Positions 27,187 to 38,846 are shown, counted from the first letter of the stretch. The stretch is DNA of 49,372 nt from Octopus sinensis (GCF_006345805.1 NW_021834393.1:1-49372), one strand, 5' to 3'. The notes: generated from the letters alone by a model not told the origin. Numbers and translations are program-made.

Positions 27187-27572
27187 GGAGGCGCAATGGC
27201 CCAGTGGTTAGGGCAGCGGACTCGCGGTCATAGGATCGCGGTTTCGATTCCCAGACCGGGCGTTGTGAGTGTTTTTTATTGAGCGAAAACACCAAAGCTC
27301 CACGAGGGCTCCGGCAGGGGATGGTGGTGATCCCTGCTGTACTCTTTCACCACAACTTTCTCTCACTCTTACTTCCTGTTTCTGTTGTACCTGTATTTCA
27401 AGGGTCCGGCCTTGTCACTCTCTGTGTCACGCTGAATATCCCCGAGAACTACGTTAAGGGTGCACGTGTCTGTGAAGTGCTCAGCCACTTACACGTTAAT
27501 TTCACGAGCAGGCTGTTCCGTTGATTCGGATCAACCGGAACCCTCATCGTCGTAACCGACGGAGTGCTTCCA
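27187..27572 (+). mobile_element. SINE family C1, full length
   Basis: tRNA-like head GGAGGCGCAATGGCCCAGTGG..GGTTTCGATTCC; tail CGTCGTAACCGACGGAGTGC. Confidence 0.9.
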
Positions 27573-28054
27573 ACTAAAGGTGGTCATCCTGAACAGCTGG
27601 AAATAACAGCAGAACGTCTCTCAAGCCACACCGTAATAGTTGCCCATATTTATATGAATTTATTTAAATTAAAACATCAGGATTGTCTCCCTTGGTTTAT
27701 TTGGTTAAGAATTTATTCTTGAGCTAATGATTTTATTTTCTTCTCTCTGCGAGTGTAAATTGCTTAATTAAAATTTCCTGCTTCAGCCACATGATGTTTG
27801 CACTGGCCTAACTGTATACTGTTTTTTTTTTATTTGCAGAATAGCCCCTAAGTATTTCTTATATCCTCAGTCATGGTCATAAGAAGATAGTAATAGTGAT
27901 GATGATGATGATGATGATGATGATGACGATGACGACGATGATGATGATGATGGCGGTGGTAATGTACATACACACACAAACGCGTATGTATATATTATAT
28001 ATATATATATATTATATATATTATATATATATATATATATTATTATATATATAT

Positions 28055-28257
28055 AACGGGAAGGTTTACGAAAATAAACAAAAGACGAAGGCAGGTGGAG
28101 TACAAAAAAACAAATGTATTAGTATGGCGCTCAGGAATAGAAATAGAACAAGTCTTTTACGTTTCGAGCCTACGCTCTTCGACAGAAGATACATAGAAAA
28201 GAACAAGGAGAGAAACAAGGAGAGAAAAAATGTGTGTGTAGGAGCTAATGGTCTATC

Positions 28258-28260
<3 letters not shown>
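28055..28260 (-). mobile_element. PLE pLTR-like repeat (family P2) with a variant HHR-like motif
   Basis: Colinear with 33160-33360 (opposite strand); CTGTCGAA-GAGC-GTAG-GCTC-GAAACGTA; (TA)n flanks. Confidence 0.6.
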
Positions 28261-28317
<57 letters not shown>

Positions 28318-28596
28318 TAATACATATATATACACATGTATGTATGTATATATAGTTAATCCAAACATGAAGAAGCAAGAAAAAACAACAACGCGAGAAT
28401 GTGGAATAAGTAAAGTGTTATTGGACACTCAGGAAAGGAAAGAAAACAAAGAGCATTTCACGTTTGAGCAGAGGTCGAAGGGAAGACGGAGAAAGAAAAT
28501 CGCCAACGATGCACACGCGGTCACATACATACATACATACATACATACATACATACATACATACATACATACATGCATACATACATCCATACATAA

Positions 28597-28657
<61 letters not shown>

Positions 28658-28660
28658 TAA

Positions 28661-29186
28661 GGCGGCGAGCTGGTAGAATCGTTAGCGCGCTGGACGAAAT
28701 GTTTAACGGGTATTTCGCTCGTCTTTACGTTCTGAGTTCAAATTCCACGAGGTCGACTGCGCTTTTCAGCCTTTCGGTGTTGATAAAATAAGTACCGGTT
28801 GACCACTGGGGTCGAAATAATTGACTCACGCCCACCTCCCCCAAGCTTACCCTGTGGCAAAAATTTGAAATAATGAGAATAATTGTAATTATTAAGGCGG
28901 CGAGCTGGCATAAACGTTAGCACGCCGGGCGAAATGCGTAGCCGTATTTCGTCTACCGTTACGTTCTGAGTTCAAATTCTACCGAGGTTGACTTTGCCTT
29001 TCATCCTTTTGGGGTCGATAAATTAAGTTCCAGTTGCGTATTGGGTTCTATCTAATCAACTGGCCCCCTCCCTCAAAATTTCGGGCCTTGTGCCTAGAGT
29101 AGAAAAGAACCGCTAGCACCATTCTCTCCTCCAAAATGTCTGCCCTTGTGACAAAATTTGAAATTATAATAATAATAATAATAATA

Positions 29187-29222
<36 letters not shown>

Positions 29223-29652
29223 ATTATCATTATTATTATTATTATTATTGAAGGCGGCGAGCTGGCAGAATCGTTAGCACCCCGGGCGGAATGCGTAGCT
29301 GTATTTCATCTGGCGTTACGTTCTGAGTTCAAATTCCGCCGAGGTCGACTTTGCCTTTCATCCTTTCGGGGTCGATTAATTAAGTGCCAGTTACGCACTG
29401 GGGTCGATATAATCGACTTAATCCGTTTGTCTGTCTTTGTTTGTCCTCTCTGTGTTTAGCCCCTTGTGTGTAGTAAAGAAATAGGTATTTCTTCTGCCGC
29501 TGCCTTCCGAGTTCAAATTCCGCAAAGGTCGACTTTTGCCTTTCAGCCTTTCGCGGTCGATTAAATAAGTACCAGTGAAATACTGGAGTCAATGTAATCG
29601 ACTATTCCCCTTCCCTCAAATTTCAGGCCTTGTGCCTACTGCAAAAAGGATT
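28661..29652 (+). mobile_element. Tandem run of three family B SINEs separated by (ATT)n/(AAT)n
   Basis: Heads at 28661, 28896 and 29253. Confidence 0.85.
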
Positions 29653-30098
29653 ATCATCATCATCATCATCATCATCATCACCACCACCACCACCACATCA
29701 TGAAGAATTACATTAGACATTTATGCATGCAATATATTTTTAGGAACATTAAAGACTATTAAATATATCTGTTATAAGAGACGGGATATTTTAAATGAAG
29801 TTCGCATTGAAGAGATGTAAAATTTATTCAGTTTCTGAATTTTCTCTTTAAGCAGAGATAATTGTTTAACGGTTTAACATACTTCGATAAATTTAATCTT
29901 TCCATGTTTCACAGAATTTTGAATTTGGCAGACTCTCAGCGTCAAACGCGATTAAATGAATGTTTCTAGTTGATTTCCGTTTATATGAAGTGGGTGTTAG
30001 GAATTTAGTAAATGTAGATCGTTGCATTGATTTTCTGACAACCATCTCCTTATTCCAAACATGATATAAGAGAAGGGTTCTGACAACATTTTCTACCG

Positions 30099-30219
30099 AT
30101 GTACGAATCATTCCGACTAAGAAAGCACCGGTTCTCGTCCGATCACCGAAGTTAAGCAACGTCGAGCCTCGTTAGTACTTAGATTGATGACCGCTTGGGA
30201 AACCAAGGTGCTGTAAGCG
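30099..30219 (+). pseudogene. Diverged 5S rRNA copy (probable pseudogene)
   Basis: GAAAGCACCGGTTCTCGTCCGATCACCGAAGTTAAGCAACGTCGAGCC..GTTAGTACTT..TGACCGCTTGGGAA..GGTGCTGTAAGC; C box altered (TTAGATTGATG), 5' end diverged, no T-run terminator. Confidence 0.85.
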
Positions 30220-30231
30220 TCACACATTTAT

Positions 30232-30390
30232 AGGCATAGGAGTGGCTGCTTACGAACCACATGGTTCTGGGTTCAGTCCCACTACGTGGCACCTTGGGCA
30301 AGTGTTTTCTACTATAGCCTCAGGCCGAAAAAGCCTTGTGAGTGGATTTGGTAGACAGAAACTGAAAGAAACCCGTCGTATATATGTATG

Positions 30391-30421
<31 letters not shown>

Positions 30422-30431
30422 GATATATATA

Positions 30432-30475
<44 letters not shown>

Positions 30476-30856
30476 AAATGAAGAAAATGCTGATAAAATA
30501 ATTTAAGTAATTTAAGTAATTAATTAGGTGAAAGTTCTTTTTACCGGTTGCGCATTTGTTATGCTTATCAAAAGATTAGAGTTCCTTTCTGATTGATTTT
30601 TTCCTCTTATCTGACGTGCACACATACATGTATGTATGTATGTGTGTATATGTTTGTGTGTCTGTGTTTGTCCCTCCAACATCGCTTGACAACCGATGCT
30701 GGTGTGTTTACGTCCCCGTAACTTAGCGGTTCAGCAAAAGAGACTGATAGAATAAGTACTAGGCTTACAAAGAATAAGTCCTATGGTCGATTTGCTCGAC
30801 TAAGGGCGGTGCTCCAGCATGGCCACAGTCAAAATGACTAAAAGAAGTAAAAGAGT
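30232..30856 (+). mobile_element. SINE family A lacking its A box, with an unrelated insert (about 150 bp) in its internal (TA)n
   Basis: GGAGTGGCTGCTTACGAACC (TGTGGTAAGTAGCTT deleted); tail resumes at about 30635. Confidence 0.85.
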
Positions 30857-31459
30857 AATTTAAGGATACAAGGAATTGTCGTTGTTATTTTTTGTTGTTG
30901 TTGATGAAGATGTTGTATAAACTTAGGTTAGCCCTCACCAAGCAGACTGATCGTTAAACTCATTCCTACGGTGACCACCCCATCTTTTTTTAGAAGCATG
31001 GAAAACTAGACTATCTAAACTATCATGTTTACTGCTTTCAGTCACTGGACTGCGACTATGTTGGGCCACTGCCTTGAAGATTTAACCATATAAATCGACT
31101 CCCACCCCACGCCACCATTATGCTTCGTTAAACTCTGATAGTTATTCTATCCTTCATTTTGCCGAATAGCTAACTTATAGGGTGAAAACAAACCAACACC
31201 GATTGCCAAGACACATAAACACACCCACACCCACATGCACAATTAAAGATGTGATTTTCTCCAATTCTTATTCTTGCTGTCTTATACTCTGAAATTTTTG
31301 AAATTCTTCTTAGGATTATTTGAATTTACTGGTCATACATGAAGAATTATCTTGGATGAGAATCCTACTTGCATTTATTGGTATCTGATTCTTTGATATA
31401 GTCGACCAAATTCATTTAGGCACTGAGTACTTATATAGATATCTGCCTGGATTTATTAA

Positions 31460-31612
31460 TCCCCCGTAACTTAGCGGTTCGGCAAAATGGACCGATAGAA
31501 TAAGTATTAGACTTATTAAAGAATAAGTCTTTGGGTCGATTTGCTCGACTAAAGGCGGTGCTCCAGCATGCTCGCAGTCAAATGACTGAAACAAGTAAAA
31601 GAGTAAAAGAGT
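31460..31612 (+). mobile_element. SINE family A, 3' fragment
   Basis: Tail match. Confidence 0.8.
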
Positions 31613-31687
31613 AATTAATAATCAAAATTATACAGAATATGCCGTCTGATTTAATAAATATATAGCCTTAGCCGCTATTGATGTTCT

Positions 31688-31725
<38 letters not shown>

Positions 31726-31747
31726 GGTGGTGGTGGTGGTGGTGGTG

Positions 31748-31787
<40 letters not shown>

Positions 31788-31810
31788 CAGCAGCAGCAGC
31801 AGCAGCAGCA
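31688..31810. repeat. (GTA)n-(GTG)n-(GTA)n-(GCA)n compound microsatellite
   Basis: Direct reading. Confidence 0.95.
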
Positions 31811-32139
31811 AAGAAGAATGGAGGGAGAGTAGGAAGAAAAATAAATATGGAAAAGAAGGGAAGTGGAGGAGAGAAAGATATAGGGGGCGCAGAGAAATGG
31901 TTAATGGGAGAAAAGGAGGAAAGGAGATGGCCAGATTTCGATGAAGAAGAAGACGGAAAACGAGGGAGAGGAGAAATATGAGGGAAGGAGAATAATGATG
32001 AAGGAGAAGTAAAACGGAAGAAGGGAAAGAAAATGATGAAGGAGGAGAAGGAAACAAAGTGTTGTTACCAATTATCGATGAGGTCTTTACTCAAATACTT
32101 GAGCCTGGAATTGTGAAATACCGAGATATTTCATATATC

Positions 32140-32191
<52 letters not shown>

Positions 32192-32220
32192 TCTCTTGCT
32201 TTCTCTCAGTCTGCTTTCTG

Positions 32221-32267
<47 letters not shown>

Positions 32268-32307
32268 GATAAATCTCAGAGCGAGTTATAAACAGTAGCG
32301 GAAACAC

Positions 32308-32572
32308 ATCGTGACGTATATTTGCCATTTGAATATGGCTAACCCCTAAGGGTGGATGCTACTGTAGTTTGTAGCCCCAGGAAGACCCTCCTCCAGCTGG
32401 CTATAGACACACTTTCTGTGTCCTATCAGTATTTGTGAAGGGAAGTCACAATACTGATAGGACACAGAAAGTGTGTCTATAGCCAGCTGGAGGAGGTGTC
32501 TTCCTGGGGCTACAAACTACAGTAGCATCCACACTTAGGGGTTAGCCATATTCAAATGGCAAATATACGTCA

Positions 32573-32576
<4 letters not shown>
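32308..32576. repeat. Near-perfect long inverted repeat (arms about 126 bp, short spacer)
   Basis: Arms differ by about one substitution and one indel; related sequence at 38670-38760 and 40885-40950. Confidence 0.95.
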
Positions 32577-32629
<53 letters not shown>

Positions 32630-32705
32630 GTAGAAAAATTAGGGAAATTTTCTACCGGTGGCTAATATGCATAAAATAGTCAATAGACAACATATTTTTC
32701 ATATA

Positions 32706-33147
32706 AAATTAGTGTACATTTATACACAAAAAAAGTGATCCTAACAGGATACCTTACATGCTAAGAGGAGCAGTCAAAGCCTAAACCAAGGTTAAGAGTA
32801 ATTTCGAAGGGGATGAAAAACAAAAACATTTCCACTAGTTACCACTTGTACCTAGGTTTCGAACATCATTGAACAAATAAAATAATTTACTATCCGTGTT
32901 CTCATCAGCAAGGGCACTACAAATAACATATAATTATGAGACAAATAGACAGCACATGTCTCATCTTTATAGAGATGAGGCATGATGTTCGAAACCTATG
33001 TGCAAGTGGTAACTATTGAAAATGTCTTTTTATTTTTCATCCCTTTCAAAATTACTGTTAACCGTAGTTTGGGCTTTGACTGCTCCTTTTAGCATGGAAG
33101 GTGTCCTGTTAGGGTCACTTCTTTTGTGTATAAATGTACATTAATTG
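32706..33147. mobile_element. Inverted pair of a pLTR-like element (family P3), arms about 160 bp
   Basis: 32706-32869 is the diverged reverse complement of 32982-33147. Confidence 0.8.
32845..32912 (-). ncRNA. Minimal type I hammerhead ribozyme, intact core
   Basis: CTTG-CTGATGA-GAACA..TGTTC-GAAAC-CTAG-GTA-CAAG; palindromic stem-loop III ACCTAGGT. Confidence 0.85.
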
Positions 33148-33159
33148 TATATATATAAA

Positions 33160-33360
33160 GACGCCATGGTAGATCGTTAGCCACTACACACATTTTTTTC
33201 TCTCCTTGTTTCTCTTCTTGTTTTCTGTGTCCCTTTCTGTAGAAGAGCGTAGGCTCGAAACGTAAAATACTTTTTTTATTCCTGAGCGTTATACTAATAC
33301 ATCTCTTTGTTTTGTACACCACCTGTCTTCGTCTGTTGTTGCTTTTTTCGTAAAAACTCT
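33160..33360 (+). mobile_element. PLE pLTR-like repeat family P2
   Basis: CTTT-CTGTAGAA-GAGC-GTAG-GCTC-GAAACGTA-AAA; matches 28055-28260. Confidence 0.6.
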
Positions 33361-33375
33361 CCCTATTATATATAT

Positions 33376-33427
<52 letters not shown>

Positions 33428-33482
33428 ATATATATATAGACAAATATATCATATATCATCATGTATGTTTATTCCTCTATTC

Positions 33483-33651
33483 TTTTACTTGTTTCAGTCA
33501 TTTGACTGCGGTCATGTTGGAGCACCGCCTTTAGTCGAATAATCGACCCCAGGGCTTATTCTTTGTAAGCCTAGTACTTATTGAATTGATTTCCTTTGCC
33601 GGACCGCTAAGGTACGGGTACGTAAACACACCAACATATATACACACACCC

Positions 33652-33686
<35 letters not shown>

Positions 33687-33830
33687 CTTATATATATGGG
33701 TGTGTGTATATATGTTTGTGTGTCTGTGTTTGTCCCCCTCCCATTATCACTTGGCAACCGATGTTGGTGTGTTTACGTACCCGTACCCTAGCGGTCCGTC
33801 AAAGGAAATCGATACAATAAGTACTAGGTA
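33483..33830. mobile_element. Two family A SINE 3' halves in opposite orientation
   Basis: 33483-33630 minus, 33710-33830 plus, separated by (TA)n. Confidence 0.7.
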
Positions 33831-33861
<31 letters not shown>

Positions 33862-34170
33862 GAATAAAAAATGGAGTTAACGCAGGTTTAAACAAGTATT
33901 TTTACTTTCTACATATGTTTCAAAAATTCCACTGATACTTATTCAAAAGAATAAAAGGTATAAACAATGCAATCTTCTCTTCGGGAAAGTGAAAAAACGA
34001 AACTTGTCAATACGACATTTTAGCAAAAAATGATGGATTCGTTTAGCGATAGACAGAACGCTATTAATATCGTTTAAAAAAACGTTATATGATATAACGT
34101 CATAAGTAGCTAACAGAAAGAGTAGGGATATTAATAGTGAATGTTAATATAAAGGAAATTAAAGTCTAAA

Positions 34171-34820
34171 CTATATATAATGATAGAGACTACTTATATG
34201 CACTAAAGTATGTTTCTGCCAATGCTTACATCTGTATGCTCGTTCTATAACCGTGTTTACTAGAGTATTTTTAGAAAAAATAATGAAAAATAGCTCAGAA
34301 TTGCAGAGAAGACAGAATTTCTTGCCTTTGTCATATGGTATCGAAATTGTGAGGATCAACCATTCTAAATGAAATTGTTTATTGTGGTCTTTTAAATCCC
34401 AAATCAGTTTGCTGAGACCGGTACTATTCCGTTTATTTCTATCCCTAAATGTTGAGTAATGGATAGAAATTCTCTTAGATAACTCTAACGATGTGCTTCC
34501 AATGTAAAATCGTACTTTATTACGAGTACTGATTATACACTGGTATATAGAATTTTTAATCTTAGAGTTACTTGACATAAATTTAATTCTATTGGGATTG
34601 ACTTCAGATACATAACCTTGTTATTAATATTTCTAGAGGGTTGGATGGTAGTAGCTAAATTAATGTTAGTATTAGTAAATGTATTAATATTTAACAGTTT
34701 GTTATTATGAGAAGATATAATTTGCAAGAGATTTTTTGTGTTTGAAAAACCTATCCTAACCTTATGTGAATTAATTATAGAGTAATATCTAGAATTATTT
34801 GGAAAATTCCTAGCAATAGC
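34171..34820 (-). pseudogene. Penelope-like element C-terminus: linker plus GIY-YIG endonuclease
   Basis: ARNFPNNSRYYSIINSHKVRIGFSNTKNLLQIISSHNNKLL; after a frameshift SIYQCII..FYIGST..KRISIH..STGLSKLIWDLK..CLLCNSE..LVN..RCKH. Confidence 0.9.
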
Positions 34821-34859
34821 TTGACGAAACAGCAGTGGGAGATTAGATTTAATTTGTAT

Positions 34860-35010
34860 ACATATATATATACCACGCTTCTTTCAGTTTCCGTCTGCCA
34901 GATCCACTCACAAGGCTTTGGTCGAGGCTATAGTAGAAGACACTTGCCCAAGGTGCCATGCAGTGGGACCGAACCCAGAACCAAGTGGTTGGGAAGCAAG
35001 CTTCTTACGA
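34860..35010 (-). mobile_element. SINE family A, 5' half
   Basis: Head and body match. Confidence 0.8.
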
Positions 35011-36245
35011 CACAATCATATCACAGTATAAATCAGAGGTAAGGTAAATATTTTCCATATAAAAACATTGCAGCAGAACAAAAGTGCTGCTAGTCAAGTG
35101 TTGACTCGTAATGGATTAAATAAACAGGCTTATGACTAGCAAAACATCTCATAATTTTTACAAGTGATTAATTGTTATAAGACAGAAGCAATTATCTTGA
35201 GTGAGCGATAACGAATGAACAGCGGTCGATAAAATTAATCACTCCGTCTCTGTCACACTCTCTTCCTCTGTCTCCCTCTTTCTCTTTCTCTTTCTCTCTC
35301 TCCACTTCCACCCCTCTCTCTCTCCTTCCTCCTTCTCTTTGCAACAGTTAATTTTTTATATCCATTTACATTTTTTTACATCAGTGCTTTTGCATGAATG
35401 TAATTCCATATGAGACGCATTTTTTCCCTCCAAAAATGTCTGGAAATATCACCCGGAGTCCAATATGCGAAGTTGCTTTAAATGTTCTAATGCACTAAAC
35501 TTTTTCTTCCTGAATATATGCTGCTAAAATTAGAGTGCATCCAATATGTACGTGCGTCTTTTATGCCTTCAAATACGGTATATTGAAGTCGGCTGTTGCA
35601 GCTCCCAAGAGATTTATTCTCTGTAAAAGACTGATTTAGAATACAAATAATTGAAAGATACCACCAAGTAGATAGGCATGGCAGTTGAAACTAGCTCAAG
35701 GTGGCTGTGATTGCCAGGAAATAGCAGATGAAACCCTTCTGCAGGCGAAGACCAATTCAGTCATCGCTGTCCCACTGAGGCGAAGCGTACAGGCTCGTGG
35801 ACGAAAAGCTCGTAAGCTTGAGATACCTGCTGACGATTCAAACAAGAATACTAACATTGTGATGGCTTTAGTCACCACCAGAAGAAGAGTTTACATTATA
35901 TCTAGGTTGCTCCTGAAGCTTTTGTGTGGGGCAAATAATTTCTGATGTTTATTTCACCCAATGGTTTTTTCGTATATTTTCTTTGATTAGGGCATTCTGG
36001 TATCTTTTATCCATTGCTTTTTCTGACATGCATTCTATAAGCACTTCAACAAACAGAGAATAGAAACAGTGACATTTGTGCTCTGTTAGAAGCAATTAGC
36101 TCAGTAAATGAGTTAAAACGACAGGCAAGTGTGTGTGTGTGGTGTGTGTATGTAAGTGTGTAAAGATATATATACACGCAACACATCTAGACGATAAAAT
36201 ACAATATATATATATTATTATTAAAACTCGCTAAGAAGGTTTTGA

Positions 36246-36297
36246 AACCACCTGAAGAATGTCTAAGATGTGCTGACACGAAACGATCGTAGTGGTT
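36246..36297 (+). ncRNA. Minimal type I hammerhead ribozyme
   Basis: AACCAC-CTGAAGA-ATGTC..GACAC-GAAAC-GATC-GTA-GTGGTT; 6-bp stem I, palindromic ACGATCGT; A.C at the first stem II pair. Confidence 0.75.
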
Positions 36298-36402
36298 ATT
36301 CATATGTTAAATTCTAATTTATATAAATTATTTTATGTATTGGATTAAGTCTTTCTTTGTTTGATTTGCATAATAGTGGTTTTGTCTCTAATTTGATATA
36401 AT

Positions 36403-36433
<31 letters not shown>

Positions 36434-36461
36434 ATATGTATGTATATATGTATATATATAT

Positions 36462-36595
36462 ACGACGGGCTTCTTTCCGTTTCCATCTACCAAATCCACT
36501 CACAAGGCTTTGGTCTGCCCGAGGCTATAGCTGAAGACACTTGCACAAGGTGCCACGCAGTGGAACTGAACTCGGAACCATGTGGTTGGTAAGCA
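36462..36595 (-). mobile_element. SINE family A, 5' half
   Basis: Match to family A. Confidence 0.8.
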
Positions 36596-36644
36596 GAAAG
36601 GAAGAATTAAAATAATTAAAAACAGAAGCGAACATACGTGTGCA

Positions 36645-36676
<32 letters not shown>

Positions 36677-37659
36677 GCATGCGTGCGTGCGTGTGTGTGT
36701 GCGTGTGTGTGTGTGTGTGTTTGTGTGTTGGTATAATTTGGTAATGAGGAAATGTTTCAACTGAAGAAGACATCTACAATGCTTCGATTTTTTTTTCTTA
36801 TTAATTTGAAATAAATTACATTCATTTCAATCCAACAATGTTGCAGACCATGACAAAACAATAAATAAATACATATATGAAAGAAAAGCTGAATTAATGC
36901 AGAAGAAACAAGACCCAAATCCATCATAGTTGCCGTTGACTATATGATGGCTACAGTATGATAACTTAAGTCCGCCAGAACGACAGCCATATATAACGTA
37001 TATTCGTTGGCGTCAACATATTGATGCCGAAACATGATTCTTACCATGCTGTCTCTAGAACCGTTATCATTAGCCACCACGACGCGCAAACAAATTCCTT
37101 AACGATTATTTTATTTGGAGCTTCAAAGCTCGTCTCCTCTCCGTTCCGCTATTAATGTTACATTGCTGCTGTTTTTATCACCATGGCTGTTGTTGCTGTT
37201 TTTATCACCATGGTCGTTGTTGCTGTTATTGATAATCTGTGATCACCAATTATTTCCCCGTCGTCCTGGTTAAAAGTAATTACATTCAACTGGCATTTTG
37301 TTCTTTGTGAAAATGCAGGAAAAAAGCATTATGTTTTTTGAAATGTGCTTCGTGGAAGCTGTCAACAATTCAATATGTTTTGTATTTATTCAAAATGTAT
37401 GACATTTTGTTTTAACAATATTTAGGGCCAAAATATCTATGTTTACTCATATATATGTATATGTATGTTTGTATATGCTTACGCGTATACGTACGTATGT
37501 ATATATGTATATACGTGTGCGTGTATATGTATATATATATATATACATATACACACACACATATATATATACACATACATATAAATATATAAATATATAT
37601 ATAGATATATGTATGTATGCATGTGTGTATGTATATGTATGTGTATATGTATATATATA

Positions 37660-38523
37660 CGGCGGTACCTTTACTTACCAGTGTCCTAACTAACGAGTTT
37701 TTCGAGATACGAGCCGTCTTTCGGCCGATTTTTTGCTTTGAGTTGCGTGCTTAAATTCGGGTTACGAGCCAGCTACAGATACCCCGCCGTTAGTTGCCAT
37801 AGCGAACACCATATTGAACGCCATAACATCCGCCCAGCATCCTGTGTCTCACTCGATAGCGAGACAGATATGTACATTAGCAAATGCGAAGATCGTTAGT
37901 AGATCGATAGCTAGACAGACATGAGCGTTAGCAAGTGCAGAGATCGTTAGTGGATCGTTAGCTAGACGGGTGTTCAAATGCTAGCTTAGTCGTTGCAGGC
38001 TACAGAAACATCAGTGTTGTGCCCGCAATAGTGCTTGCAGTTATTTTGCAAAACTTCGTGTTACTAAATATGGGTCCAAAGAAAGTGAGTGCGAAGGACA
38101 GTGGTGAGAAGAAGAAGCGGATGATGTCTATTGAATTAAAGAAAAATCTATTGAAAAACATGACCAAGATGTGCGTGTAGTGGACGTGGCGAAACATTAT
38201 GGGCGTAGCACTTCTACGATCTGCACCATAATGATGCAGAAGGAGTCGATAAAGGCTAAAATGTCAGCTAAGGGCGTTAAGATCATTTCTAAACAGCGGA
38301 CATCTATCCATGAAAATATGGTGAAGCTGCTGATGGTGTGATTGACGGAGAAGCAGCTCAGAGGAGATACCATGACGGAGGCCATAATCTGCGAGAATGC
38401 ACGATCTATTTACGCTAATTTGCAGCAGCAGACCCCGGGCACTTGTACGGACGAAGCATTGGGCGAGCCGTTTAAAGTTGATCGGGGCTGGTTTGAGAAT
38501 TTGAAAAAGAGGACCGGCATTTA
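37660..38523 (+). mobile_element. Tigger/pogo DNA transposon, 5' part (CENP-B-type HTH region), decayed
   Basis: TA|CGGCGGTACCT.. terminus; from 38069 MGPKKVSAKD..SIELKK/IEKH..VVDVAKHYGRSTSTICTI..KQL.GD..EAIICE.A..F....GWFENLKKRTGI with a frameshift and a stop. Confidence 0.9.
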
Positions 38524-38530
38524 CCCCCTT

Positions 38531-38846
38531 TTCTTTTACGAGATTAGCGGCAGTGTGTCCCCGGAAAAAGTATACAATATTTGCGAGTGGAATTAGTTCT
38601 TCATCACTAGACAGCGATTAACACACGCTGAGGACGTGTGTATCACGTAAAGCTAGAAATGGGAGCGATGACCTCCCTCACAAATACTAATCGGACACAG
38701 ATTGCGTGTCGTTAGCCAGGTGGAGAAGATGTCTTCCTGGGGCTAAAAATAACAGTAGTACTGTCCTGTATAAGACGCTTCATTTAATTGGAAACTATTT
38801 TACGATTCCGTACTGTTTATATCTCGCTCGGAGATTTAATATAACA
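38531..38846 (+). mobile_element. Unclassified short repeat (family P4), related to the 32308 palindrome arms
   Basis: Shares GGACACAG..GTCTTCCTGGGGCTA..ACAGTAG; its two ends appear joined in reverse order at 39767-39908. Confidence 0.6.

Noticed and set aside
30099-30219. Functional 5S rRNA gene
   Set aside because: Solitary, diverged 5' end and C box, no oligo-T terminator; treated as a pseudogene
35400-36060. Repeat-poor stretch with short ORFs (35685-35945 plus, 35696-35878 minus) as a possible exon or transposase
   Set aside because: No recognisable domain, multiple stops, no convincing splice-site pair
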